This document shows positions 1 to 8,988 of a stretch of 64,000 bases of DNA, piece by piece. The stretch spans positions 3,147,106-3,211,105 of the forward strand of contig OY764869.1 in the NCBI GenBank assembly GCA_963668585.1. Reading direction: 5' to 3'. The position numbers and the translations under genes were made by a program. Below the pieces are notes generated by a model. It did not search any database. It was not told where the DNA came from and saw nothing but the letters and a program-made list of their open reading frames with translations. This DNA comes from Dehalococcoidia bacterium (GTDB taxonomy: Bacteria; Chloroflexota; Dehalococcoidia; Lucifugimonadales; UBA3495). How positions within the stretch are numbered: position 1 is the stretch's first letter; the number at the start of each line of letters is the position of its first letter.

Positions 1-1580
1 TTCAGGATGCCATTGGGGTCCAGGGTCTTCTTGACGGCGCGCAGGCCTTCGGCGAACGGGTCAGGACGCTGGCCATCGTACCAGGGACGGTGAGAACGCC
101 CAACCGCGTGATGGTGGGTTATCGTGCCACCGGCAGCCATCACCGCATCGGATGCCGCCTGCTTGATTTCGGCGTGGGCTTCCAACTCTCCTCCCACCTG
201 GCCGAGGCCTTCAAAGGTGTAATACGGGGCGGGGCCGTCGGGATACACGTGGGTGAACCGGCATGATACGCGGCCGCCGCCACAGGTGCGCTTCAGAGCG
301 TCTTCCAGGGCGGAGCGCACCATCTGGTCCATGGCCGGCCAGCGTTCCCATGTGATCGAGGTTTCCAGGGTTTCCGCGACGATTCCGAAGCCAATGGTGG
401 CATTGCGTTCGTAGGGAGCGTTGATGAACGAATTGCGCCAACTGCCTACCGCTCCCTGGCGCCCCGCTGATGTTCCCGCGCTCTCGGCAGCGTCTGCAAT
501 GACGATTGATTCCTCCGCAATGTAGCCGCCGGCGTCGCGGGCGATACCAACGGCCTGGCGGATATTCTCTCCCTGTGGCAGGTCGGCGGACTCGAAGCCG
601 ATGATCAGCAATGCCTGTTTGCCATCCAGGCCAGCGAAGTCCTCCGCCTCAGAGGGGTCGAGCATCCGGAGGTTGGCGGGCCACTGTTTGGCTTGGGCGA
701 TGAGGCGCGCGCCATCGGAAGCGGCGGCCATCCCGTCGAACACCACACCGGCGGACGCGCGGAACCGCGGCCGGGCCTGTATCCGCATCCAGGCTTCGGT
801 GATGATACCCAGAATTCCCTCGCTGCCGATCACGATGCGGTCAGGCGACGGGCCGGCCCCGCTGCCGGGCAGACGTCGGGATTCCCAGATCCCGGACGGC
901 GTCACCATCCGCACGGACTCCACGAAGTCGTCGATGTGGGTGTGGTTGGTGGCGTAGTGCCCACCGCTGCGGGTGGCGATCCAACCGCCGAGGGTGGAAA
1001 ACTCAAAGCTCTGCGGAAAGTGTCGAAGCGTGTAACCGTGGGGGCGGAGTTGAGCCTCCAAAGCGGGGCCAAGGACGCCGGCCTGAATGCGGGCCGCGCG
1101 GGAGGTGTTGTCGATTTCCAACACCTGATCCAACTTGGTGAGGTCTATCGTGACCACGGCATCGGCTTCCGGCGGTTCGATTCCGGCCACTACGGTGCTT
1201 CCACCGCCGTAGGGTATCGCCACGATGTTGGAGTTGGAACACCAATCGAGGACGGTGGTCAACTCGGTTTCAGTGCGAGGGTATGCGATTACGTCAGGGG
1301 GATTCGGGAACTGACGATTGAACGCCCGAACGCGATCCCGGAAGCTTCGCCCATAATTATGGGCAGCACGGTCGTGCTCGTCAGTGGTGCAGAATTCCGC
1401 CACCAGGGGATGTGGCAGGATGCGGGGCGGACGCAAGTTCAGGTCCGACACCGCTGGCGGCGTGGGCGGAGTCCGTGTTGCGCCGTAACGCTCGTGGATG
1501 CGCTGCGCCATGGCGGCGTAGTCTTCCGCCGTTGGCTCACGATCCTCATTGCCCCACGCCCAGAAACTTCGGCGCGTCAT
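1..1580 (-). CDS. FAD-linked oxidase, alkylglycerone-phosphate synthase (AGPS)-like; C-terminal end runs off the window
   Basis: Absent from the ORF track because it is open to the window edge. My minus-strand translation from ATG 1580 (SD GGAGGG 6 nt upstream) reads MTRRSFWAWGNEDREP...IVAIPYGGGSTVVAG (PCMH FAD-binding fold)...VSCRFTHVYPDGPAPYYTF...GGTITHHHAVGRSH...LDPNGILN. This parallels the C-terminus and HHH loop of AGPS-type VAO flavoenzymes. Confidence 0.8.
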   Translation of the reverse strand, partial: MTRRSFWAWGNEDREPTAEDYAAMAQRIHERYGATRTPPTPPAVSDLNLRPPRILPHPLVAEFCTTDEHDRAAHNYGRSFRDRVRAFNRQFPNPPDVIAYPRTETELTTVLDWCSNSNIVAIPYGGGSTVVAGIEPPEADAVVTIDLTKLDQVLEIDNTSRAARIQAGVLGPALEAQLRPHGYTLRHFPQSFEFSTLGGWIATRSGGHYATNHTHIDDFVESVRMVTPSGIWESRRLPGSGAGPSPDRIVIGSEGILGIITEAWMRIQARPRFRASAGVVFDGMAAASDGARLIAQAKQWPANLRMLDPSEAEDFAGLDGKQALLIIGFESADLPQGENIRQAVGIARDAGGYIAEESIVIADAAESAGTSAGRQGAVGSWRNSFINAPYERNATIGFGIVAETLETSITWERWPAMDQMVRSALEDALKRTCGGGRVSCRFTHVYPDGPAPYYTFEGLGQVGGELEAHAEIKQAASDAVMAAGGTITHHHAVGRSHRPWYDGQRPDPFAEGLRAVKKTLDPNGIL

Positions 1581-1607
1581 GCTATCCCTCCTGTGCGGGC
1601 ATAGCAA

Positions 1608-1683
1608 TGGTCGGGGTGAGTGGATTCGAACCACCGACCTCCACGTCCCGAACGTGGCGCGCTAGCCACTGCGCTACACCCCG
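1608..1683 (-). tRNA. tRNA-Pro (anticodon CGG)
   Basis: 76-nt cloverleaf on the minus strand: acceptor CGGGGTG/CACCCCG, D-arm GCGC-AGTGGCTA-GCGC, anticodon arm CCACG-TTCGGGA-CGTGG, T-arm GGTGG-TTCGAAT-CCACT, discriminator A and encoded CCA. Confidence 0.9.
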
Positions 1684-2015
1684 ACTGGAGTTCGATTATA
1701 GCATAACGCCCGTCGATCACCGGAAATCCTCGCGGGACGCGGGAAGGCGCCCAGCGCAGCGCAACGCCGTCGAAGCGGCCCGGGTTCGTTGCAAGAACTC
1801 AGGACTAACCGGATTGATTGCCCGTGCCCATCATGCAGCGTACGTGTTAATTTAACCCGCCACCTCATCCTGGTCACGCTCCGCAAAAACGTGCGGAACG
1901 TTGCGGCTTGGCAGTGGTCGTCGACGTGCGTGGGCGGATATGCTGTTGGTCCATCGACAAATCCATCAGGGCATATCATTCGTATAGGCAATAGTTTGAA
2001 TTGGGAGAAACCATA

Positions 2016-3635
2016 ATGAGAATTGCGAGATTGCGACCGGCGGTGCCAGGAATTGCACTGATCACCGGATTGATGGCGATGGCGCTGAGTTGCGGCGGTG
2101 CAGCAGAATCTCCTGCCAGCATGACGGCGTCAGACTCGGCACGCCCGCAAACAGTCCAGGAGTCTGCGCCTGCGGCGGCAGAAGGCCCGGCCGGTCGGCC
2201 AGCGAGTCAAAGTCAGTCGACCTCTGAACGCGTCGAGACCCGTTCGACCGCGCGAGAACAGGTCCAGAATCAAGTGGAAAGTGCGCCGGCACAACCCGCG
2301 GCCACCGCAGCCCCAATGGCGGCTTCCGGCGACGCCTTCGACCGCAGCGTCGCTGACCAGCAAGCGTCTGATGGCCAAGATTCGTTGCAGCCTCAAAGCG
2401 GACGGCAGTTGATTGTCGAAGCGTGGGTCAGCCTCGAGGTGAACGAAATTGACGCCATTGTGCGGCAGGTGGAGACGGTGGCCGTGCAACGCGGCGGTTG
2501 GATCGAATCGGCGGACATCGTTGGGGAGGGAGGATACCGAGTTGCCAACATCAACGTGCGGGTGCCGGCGGAACGGTTCAACAACGCCATGGAGACTCTG
2601 CGGGCATTGGGGAGAGTCACCGATGAAGGCGTGTCGTCCACTGACGTCACGGACCGTCTCATCGACAACGAAGCGCGGATGATGGCGTGGAGAGTTCAGG
2701 AGGAACGGTTGATTGTGTTGTTGGAAAACGCGGCGACCGTGGAGGACGTGATTGACATTGAGCGCCGAATATCAGAGGTGCGCGCCGATATTGAGCACGT
2801 GGCGGCGACGCAACGAAGCCTGAACAACAGGGTGGCCGCGTCGCTGATCAGGGTGAGCCTGCACCTGCCGCAACGATTCGCCGCCGACCCGCCACGCGGT
2901 TCGCTGTCGCTTTCGGTGGGAGACCCCGGGGAGACTGCCAATGTCGTGGCAAACCAGGTGACTGCGCTGAACGGTTATATCGGAGAGAAGCGCGACTACC
3001 AGGAAGGGCGCGGGCAAGTCGTTGAGATGACGGTGTTCGTCAGGTCAACAGACCTGGCCGGGTTGATGGACTACGCGGCCACTCTTGGAGAACCGTCGGA
3101 TCGGCGGTTGGACTCGGTGGGGCCGGCGCAGGCCGGCGACGTGCCCGACGCGCGGCTCGTTCTGATGATCCGCTCCAACGTGGATTCTGCCGCCACGCTC
3201 GCTCTGTCGGCGGCGCAACCCATCCAGGTGGCCGGCGAGATCCGGGCGAGAGCAGAATCTCTGGGCGGGTACGTGGAGAGCTGGAACGAAACCCGATGGG
3301 ACAACGGCGAGCAACAAAACGTCAACACGGAGCTTGTGGTGCGAGCGTCCGACCTTCGTGCATTGATGGAATTCGGCGCCACGCTGGGCGAAGCGCAACA
3401 CTGGGAGTTCCGTTCGATTGGACAGGCCCCATCGGACGCGGCCCCCAACTCACGGCTGACAATTTCGGTGTACTCGGACGAAGGAAGCGCTGGAGGTGCT
3501 TTGCTGTTGGTGGTCGTCATCGTGGTGGTAGTCGCTGGGCTGGCCGTGCTGGTGGCTGCGGTGGCGCTGGTATCGCGGCGGCGGCGGCGTGGCGCCCTGG
3601 CCACAACCCTAATGGAGGATCCCCAGACCCAGTAG
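2016..3635 (+). CDS. DUF4349-type lipoprotein with C-terminal membrane anchor
   Basis: ORF track 2001..3635; start moved to ATG 2016 (GGGAG 8 nt upstream). Lipobox-like signal ...LMAMALSCGG. Core QLIVEAWVSLEVNEIDAIV...RLIDNEARMMAW...IERRISEVRADIE is typical of DUF4349. Two further related alpha/beta modules follow, then a hydrophobic tail LLLVVVIVVVVAGLAVLVAAVALV plus RRRRR. Confidence 0.75.
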   Translation: MRIARLRPAVPGIALITGLMAMALSCGGAAESPASMTASDSARPQTVQESAPAAAEGPAGRPASQSQSTSERVETRSTAREQVQNQVESAPAQPAATAAPMAASGDAFDRSVADQQASDGQDSLQPQSGRQLIVEAWVSLEVNEIDAIVRQVETVAVQRGGWIESADIVGEGGYRVANINVRVPAERFNNAMETLRALGRVTDEGVSSTDVTDRLIDNEARMMAWRVQEERLIVLLENAATVEDVIDIERRISEVRADIEHVAATQRSLNNRVAASLIRVSLHLPQRFAADPPRGSLSLSVGDPGETANVVANQVTALNGYIGEKRDYQEGRGQVVEMTVFVRSTDLAGLMDYAATLGEPSDRRLDSVGPAQAGDVPDARLVLMIRSNVDSAATLALSAAQPIQVAGEIRARAESLGGYVESWNETRWDNGEQQNVNTELVVRASDLRALMEFGATLGEAQHWEFRSIGQAPSDAAPNSRLTISVYSDEGSAGGALLLVVVIVVVVAGLAVLVAAVALVSRRRRRGALATTLMEDPQTQ

Positions 3636-3663
3636 CCCGGTACCAAGTCGTCGCTCCGGCCGT

Positions 3664-3688
3664 AGGGGCGGGTTTGAAACCCGCCCCT
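3664..3688. repeat. GC-rich perfect hairpin (11-bp stem, 3-nt loop); member of a dispersed palindromic element family
   Basis: AGGGGCGGGTT-TGA-AACCCGCCCCT. The 29-mer CGTAGGGGCGGGTTTGAAACCCGCCCCTG (3661-3689) recurs identically at 36906-36934, and a variant recurs at 63483-63511. Confidence 0.8.
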
Positions 3689-3698
3689 GCTCACGTTG

Positions 3699-3780
3699 GC
3701 AAACCATCGCCCCGCGCGCCCAACACCGGCAATTGCAAACCATCGTCCCGTGCGCCCAACACCGGCATTGGCAATTTGCC
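3699..3780. repeat. 36-bp tandem repeat, about 2.3 copies
   Basis: GCAAACCATCGCCCCGCGCGCCCAACACCGGCAATT (3699-3734), GCAAACCATCGTCCCGTGCGCCCAACACCGGCATTG (3735-3770), then a partial GCAATTTGCC. It lies between the convergent stops at 3635 and 3789. Confidence 0.8.
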
Positions 3781-3788
3781 GAACGCCA

Positions 3789-6700
3789 TCATCCACCCAC
3801 AGGCTGCTTCGCGGGACGCCGACGGCGTCGGCGGCTGCGATTGGCGCTGTCGGCCGAGGGCTGTTCAGCGGGCTGCGGGTCGGCAGGTTCAGGCGGAGCA
3901 TCGTCGGGCGGTTCCGCCGCAGAGTCCAACGCCGCCTGCATCTCGTTGACGAAGGCAACCACGCGCCTGAGGGCTCGGGCGACACGACCGATGCCATGAT
4001 CGCCGTCCCCGGCGGTGCGGATTTCCATGTCCCTACGGCCCACCCTGACGCCGGGACCCATTTTGTTCTGCAGGACGATTCTGGCGTCCCCGACGAGCTG
4101 CCGGAAAACCACCGTGACGATCCCATCGCTGGCGCCTGAAATGGACTCTGCGCCGGCGGCGGTTCCCAGGCAACGTAGATCGGTGATCGACAGGAGGTTC
4201 TCGACGAGCGGCGGCACCGGACCAAAACGATCCTGCAAATCGGCGCGGACGGCCGGGATGTGATCGCGGTCGGTAATGTTGGAGAGGCGCTGATAGAAGG
4301 CCAGCCGCGCGGGAAGGTGCGCGATGTAGTCGGTGGGTATGACCGCCGCCACCGGCAGGTCAATGCGGGGAGGCGGAGGCTGGCCGGCAGCGGCATCATC
4401 GGACCCGTCGGTGTGCAGTTCCTCCACTGCCTGGCTCAGCAACTCTGAGTACAGATTCAGGCCGACGGCGTGAATCTGGCCGCTCTGATCGGCTCCAAGG
4501 AGGTTGCCGGCGCCGCGGATTTCCAGGTCGCGCATGGCGATTCGGAAACCGGAGCCAAGCTCGTTGGCTTCAAGGATGGCGTGGATGCGTTGGCCGGCAG
4601 CCTCCGTAATCTCGTGGTTGTCAGGCAGCAGCAGGTATGCGTAGGCGCGGTGGTCCCCGCGGCCGACACGGCCACGCAATTGGTAAAGCTGGGCCAGGCC
4701 GAAACGGTCAGCGCGGTCAATGATGATGGTGTTGACGTTGGGCATATCCAGCCCTGATTCGATGATGGTGGTGCATACCAGCACGTCGGCCTCGCGGTTG
4801 GCGAAGTTGACCATCACATCTTCCAGATCCGATTCCGGCATCTGGCCATGTCCAACGATGAACCGGGCCTCCGGCACAAGCTTCTGCAATTCTTCGGCGA
4901 CCCGATGAATGGTGCGGACCCGGTTGTGCAGGAAAAAAACCTGACCATCACGCTCAAGTTCCCGCAGGATGGCTTCCCGGACCAGGTCGCCGCTGTCTTC
5001 CGAGACGAAGGTTTTGACCGGCAGACGGGCTTCCGGCGGCGTATGGATAACGCTCATGTCGCGGACGCCGGCCAGCGCCATGTGCAGCGTGCGCGGGATT
5101 GGGGTGGCGGTCAGTGTGAGCACGTCAACTTCGGCGCGCATCTGCTTGAGCCGCTCCTTGTGCGCCACCCCGAAGCGATGTTCCTCATCCACTATCACAA
5201 GGCCAAGGTTGTCGAACCCCACATCTTTCTGCAGGATTCGGTGGGTGCCAATCACGATGTCCACCGCCCCGGTGAGCGCCGCCTCTACTACCTCAGCCTG
5301 CTCCTTATGTGTGCGGAATCGGCTGAGCACTTCAACCTTCACTGGATAGGGGGCGAGCCTCTCGGCGAAGGTGGCGTAGTGTTGCTGCGCCAGCACCGTG
5401 GTGGGCACCAGTACCGCCACCTGCATACCTTCGTTGACGACCTTGAAGGCCGCTCGGAGCGCCACTTCGGTTTTGCCGTAACCCACATCACCGCAGATGA
5501 GGCGATCCATGGGTTTTGACACCTCCATGTCGGATTTGACCTCATCGATGGCGCGGACCTGGTCCGGGGTTTCCACAAAGGGGAATGAGTCTTCCAGGTC
5601 GCGTTGCCAGGAGACGTCGGGACCGAAGCGGTGGCCGCTGACAGTTTCGCGGGTGGCGTACAAACGCAGCAACTCCGCCGCAATTTCCCTGGCCGCCCCC
5701 TTGGCGCGATCCTTGATGCGCTGCCATTCGCTGCCGCCAAGGCGGGTGAGGGTCGGAGACTGGTCGGTGGCGGCGACGTATGCGCCGAGGCGGTCGAGTT
5801 GTTCGGTGGGCACGTAGAGACGGTCTTCGCCGGCGTATTCCAACACTAGGTATTCCCGGTCGTCACCGGCGGATTCAAGCTGAGTGGTGCCCACAAACTT
5901 GGCGACGCCGTGGTCGATGTGGACGACGTAGCTTCCTGGGGTCAGGTCGGTGAGAGAGATGGCATCGCCCAGATCACGCCGAACCGACGGCGGACGATAG
6001 CTACGCTGCTTGACGGTGCCGAACAATTCGGCGTCGCTGTACACCGCGACGTCCGGGCTGGTGTTGCCGCCCTCAGCCTGCCAACCCTTGCGCAAAGCGC
6101 CGTGAAGCAGGTAAACACGGCCGGAACGCGGCCTGGCGGGCAGATCATCCACCACAGCGGCGGAAATGCCCGATTCATCCAGGACCTCGCTCAATCGCGC
6201 GGCGTGCTGGCTGACCGCCACGACGGCGCCGCCGTCCGCCAGTCGCGAAGCGGCATCGTCGGTGAAGGCTGGCAGGCCGGATAGCGCGTCGGGCAGCGAT
6301 TCAATCAGGTTGGATTCTTCGTTGGTGCCCCATCGGAGCAGGTCAACGGTAACCAGGCCGGCAGCTTCCAATTGGGCGTGGAATGTGTCCCAGTCTGCTG
6401 ATGGAGAGGGAAAGCCGTGGGGCAGTTCACCGCGGGCCTGACGGTTCGCGCGCTGCTGTGAATACCGGGCTTCCTGCTCCTCAGCCTCGCCGGACAGCCG
6501 GGCCGGACGGTCAAGGATCAGAACGGCATCTCCGGGGATATAGTCGGCCAGAGTGTGGGAGTTGAGCAGTCCGTTGTAAAACGACAGCGTCTCCGAGTTG
6601 GGGCTGATCAGCAAGGACCCCAGTTCTTCCTGAAAACGGGCAACGACGCTGCCCGTGCATGGCGCCAGGTCGATGCGCGAGCGCCGTTCATCGAACGTGT

Positions 6701-7457
6701 GGGCGTCGGAGAGATCCGTCAACTGTTCGGCGGCAGCGATGACATGCACGGTATCAGCATCGGCGATGGAGCGTTGCGTCTCCGGGTCGAAGCGACGTAT
6801 GGTTTCGATTTCGTCGTCCCAAAGTTCGATGCGGTACGGGAGGTCGGCGTTGGGCGGGAACACGTCCAGGATGCCGCCGCGCAGACTGAAACTGCCCGGG
6901 GACTCAACCTGCGGCTCGCGACGGTATCCCAGTTGGACCCACGCTGAGAGCAGAGTGTCCACAGGAGGGATGCGTTGACCGGGGGCCAGACGGTCGGCGG
7001 ACGGTATCGCGGCGTGGTTCCCCAGCGAAATGTCGGGCGGGATGGTCAGGCGGAGGGCGGACGATACGGAGGCAACCACCAGCGGAGGAGGGGCGTTGCC
7101 GGGACGCTGGCCGGCTTCGGCGAGCGCCGCCAGGGCGGCCAGACGCTGATTGCCCGTGCGGGCATCGACTGCCAAACGCTCGAAGGGCAGCACCTCTGGC
7201 TCGGGCAGGAGAAATACGGGCGCATCATCGCCGAGGTACGCCAGCAACTGGTCGTGGAGGCGACGGGCATCTTCCAGGCGCGGAGCGATGACCACCATGG
7301 GACGTTGCTGGAGGTGTCGCAACGCCGCCAGGTACAGGGGTTGGTGGTCCGGCGTGAGGGTCAGGGTTGACCGGGCATTGTGTGCGGTCAGATTTCCCAG
7401 GTGGCGCTGCAGCCACGGTTGAGCGCCTAGCAGCGAGAGCAGTCCGGTTAATGGCAT
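3789..7457 (-). CDS. mfd: transcription-repair coupling factor Mfd
   Basis: ORF track 3789..7625; start moved to ATG 7457 (MPLTGLLSLL, SD GGAAGG). CarD/TRG-like segment YVVHIDHGVAKFVG; helicase motifs GDVGYGKTEVA, VDEEHRFGV, LTLTATPIPRT; TRCF C-terminal domain. There is an unusual Pro/acidic and Arg-rich tail. Confidence 0.95.
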   Translation of the reverse strand: MPLTGLLSLLGAQPWLQRHLGNLTAHNARSTLTLTPDHQPLYLAALRHLQQRPMVVIAPRLEDARRLHDQLLAYLGDDAPVFLLPEPEVLPFERLAVDARTGNQRLAALAALAEAGQRPGNAPPPLVVASVSSALRLTIPPDISLGNHAAIPSADRLAPGQRIPPVDTLLSAWVQLGYRREPQVESPGSFSLRGGILDVFPPNADLPYRIELWDDEIETIRRFDPETQRSIADADTVHVIAAAEQLTDLSDAHTFDERRSRIDLAPCTGSVVARFQEELGSLLISPNSETLSFYNGLLNSHTLADYIPGDAVLILDRPARLSGEAEEQEARYSQQRANRQARGELPHGFPSPSADWDTFHAQLEAAGLVTVDLLRWGTNEESNLIESLPDALSGLPAFTDDAASRLADGGAVVAVSQHAARLSEVLDESGISAAVVDDLPARPRSGRVYLLHGALRKGWQAEGGNTSPDVAVYSDAELFGTVKQRSYRPPSVRRDLGDAISLTDLTPGSYVVHIDHGVAKFVGTTQLESAGDDREYLVLEYAGEDRLYVPTEQLDRLGAYVAATDQSPTLTRLGGSEWQRIKDRAKGAAREIAAELLRLYATRETVSGHRFGPDVSWQRDLEDSFPFVETPDQVRAIDEVKSDMEVSKPMDRLICGDVGYGKTEVALRAAFKVVNEGMQVAVLVPTTVLAQQHYATFAERLAPYPVKVEVLSRFRTHKEQAEVVEAALTGAVDIVIGTHRILQKDVGFDNLGLVIVDEEHRFGVAHKERLKQMRAEVDVLTLTATPIPRTLHMALAGVRDMSVIHTPPEARLPVKTFVSEDSGDLVREAILRELERDGQVFFLHNRVRTIHRVAEELQKLVPEARFIVGHGQMPESDLEDVMVNFANREADVLVCTTIIESGLDMPNVNTIIIDRADRFGLAQLYQLRGRVGRGDHRAYAYLLLPDNHEITEAAGQRIHAILEANELGSGFRIAMRDLEIRGAGNLLGADQSGQIHAVGLNLYSELLSQAVEELHTDGSDDAAAGQPPPPRIDLPVAAVIPTDYIAHLPARLAFYQRLSNITDRDHIPAVRADLQDRFGPVPPLVENLLSITDLRCLGTAAGAESISGASDGIVTVVFRQLVGDARIVLQNKMGPGVRVGRRDMEIRTAGDGDHGIGRVARALRRVVAFVNEMQAALDSAAEPPDDAPPEPADPQPAEQPSADSANRSRRRRRRPAKQPVGG

Positions 7458-7742
7458 AGTCCTTCCATGAGGCGGGCGCCGGCAGGAATCATTTCGATGG
7501 CACACGCCGATGCGGGACTGACCGTCGGCCAGCCCCGTGCAACGATTGTACGCCCGGCCGTGGTATGGATTCAACACGAAATGGCGGCCGGTCGCGTGCA
7601 TGATCCATCTTTCGTCACGATCCATTGGTCTGCTTGGGTTGATTCTGTGCGGGTGTCATGATTTCGCGATTGGGCGAGGCAAGCGGCCCGCCCGCGCCAC
7701 CTTACAGGCACGATGGCAAAGGGAAGGATGCCCGGAAGTGCG

Positions 7743-7751
7743 TGATATAAT
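7743..7751 (+). promoter_or_regulatory. candidate extended -10 element (TGATATAAT) for proBA
   Basis: TGnTATAAT match about 32 nt upstream of the proB ATG, with no convincing -35. It conflicts with the alternative GTG start at 7738, so it is tentative. Confidence 0.3.
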
Positions 7752-7782
7752 TCACACATATTGTGCGGACTCGGTTGGTGTC

Positions 7783-8976
7783 ATGTCGGCATTGCGGAAT
7801 AACCCGGTAAACCTGTCGCCGGCTGAGCCTGCCGGCGGCAAACTGGCGTACCAACGAGTGGTCATCAAAGCCGGGACCAACGTGCTGGCCGGCGGCAGCA
7901 CACAGGGTGGCCCGGATCCCGACGTGATGGTGAGCCTGGTCGATCAGATTTCGCGTCTGGCAACTCAGGAAGGCATACAGGTGGTGCTGGTGACTTCCGG
8001 AGCAATTGCCGCCGGTCGGCAGGCGTTGGCAGAGCGGGTTGCCCTGCCAGCCATTCCGGACATTCCCACGCGTCAGGTGCTGGCCGCATTGGGGCAGGGG
8101 AAGTTGATGGCGCAATACGCGGGACTGTTCGAGCAGCACGGCGCGTTGGTTTCGCAGGTTCTGCTGACCATCAAGGACATGGCGCAACGCCAGTCATACC
8201 TGAACATCCGCAACACCCTGCTGTCATTGCTGGATCTGGGTGTCATTCCCATCGTCAACGAGAACGACGTGGTGGCCGCCGATGAGATCGGAGAGGTGTT
8301 CGGCGACAACGACCGTCTCTCATCGCTGATTGCGACGCTGATCGACGCCGATCTGCTGGTGATATTATCTGACGTGGACGGCCTGTACACATCGGACCCC
8401 AAAACCGACCCAACCGCCACACGAATTGATACCGTTGATTTCGTCGATGACCGGGTCATCGCCATGGCCGGGGAACACAGAAACTCCTGGGCGAGAGGCG
8501 GTATGCCCACGAAACTGGACGCCGCCAGGCTGGTCACCACCTCCGGCATCGCGATGAGCATCTGTCGAGGGCGGGATCCCGACGTTGTTGTCAAAGCCGT
8601 GAAAGGGGAGCCGGTGGGCACGTTTTTCAGGCCAGCCAACAGCAAGTTGGAAGCCCGAAAACGCTGGATGCTCAGTTGCGTCGGAGACAGCGACTGGGGC
8701 CAGGTGGTGGTGGATGACGGCGCAGTTTCCGCCCTCCGGAGGAACGGCGTCAGCCTGCTCCCTGCGGGGGTCAATCGCGTGGTGGGCCGCTTCGAACGTG
8801 GCGACATCATCTACGTTTCGGATGCTGACGGGCAACACATCGCGTGCGGAATCGCCAACTATCCCGCCGTTGACATCGAGCGGATCCGGGGGATGCGTTC
8901 CGACCGCATAGTCGACACCCTTGGCTACCAATATGGCCAGGAAGTCGTGCATAGAAACAACCTGGTTCTTCTGTAG
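7783..8976 (+). CDS. proB: glutamate 5-kinase
   Basis: ORF track 7537..8976; start moved to ATG 7783 (GTG 7738 is possible). Amino-acid kinase fold VVIKAGTNVL, VTSGAIAAGR, NENDVV, GDNDRLS, plus a C-terminal PUA domain (VVVDDGAVSALRRNGVSLLPAGV...GDII). Confidence 0.9.
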   Translation: MSALRNNPVNLSPAEPAGGKLAYQRVVIKAGTNVLAGGSTQGGPDPDVMVSLVDQISRLATQEGIQVVLVTSGAIAAGRQALAERVALPAIPDIPTRQVLAALGQGKLMAQYAGLFEQHGALVSQVLLTIKDMAQRQSYLNIRNTLLSLLDLGVIPIVNENDVVAADEIGEVFGDNDRLSSLIATLIDADLLVILSDVDGLYTSDPKTDPTATRIDTVDFVDDRVIAMAGEHRNSWARGGMPTKLDAARLVTTSGIAMSICRGRDPDVVVKAVKGEPVGTFFRPANSKLEARKRWMLSCVGDSDWGQVVVDDGAVSALRRNGVSLLPAGVNRVVGRFERGDIIYVSDADGQHIACGIANYPAVDIERIRGMRSDRIVDTLGYQYGQEVVHRNNLVLL

Positions 8977-8988
8977 AGGAGGGGCGTC

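Noticed and set aside
693-1604. A 303-aa plus-strand ORF at the window start.
   Set aside because: It is antisense to the AGPS-like FAD oxidase, which has clear family motifs on the minus strand, and it would also overlap the tRNA-Pro region.
1608-1683. A tRNA-flanked genomic island or integrated element next to tRNA-Pro (and likewise next to tRNA-Glu at 29469-29547).
   Set aside because: There is no integrase, excisionase or phage gene, and I saw no direct repeat of either tRNA 3' end in the flanks. The neighbouring genes are ordinary housekeeping genes.
3699-3780. Possible CRISPR arrays at the 36-bp repeats (3699-3780) and the 16-bp repeats (54611-54674).
   Set aside because: The repeats are directly adjacent with no unique spacers, the arrays have only 2-4 units, and no cas genes are present.
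3071-4399. A 442-aa minus-strand ORF spanning the DUF4349 3' end, the intergenic repeats and the mfd 3' end.
   Set aside because: It crosses two well-supported genes on both strands and the non-coding repeat array. Its composition is the Ala/Arg/Pro/Ser-rich type typical of a high-GC shadow ORF.
7537-7782. Long N-terminal extensions in the ORF track (proB 7537, mfd 7625, selB 54672, pstS 38287, nth 31601 and others).
   Set aside because: The extensions lack family homology and overlap divergent promoter regions. Internal ATG or GTG codons with SD motifs give N-termini typical of each family.
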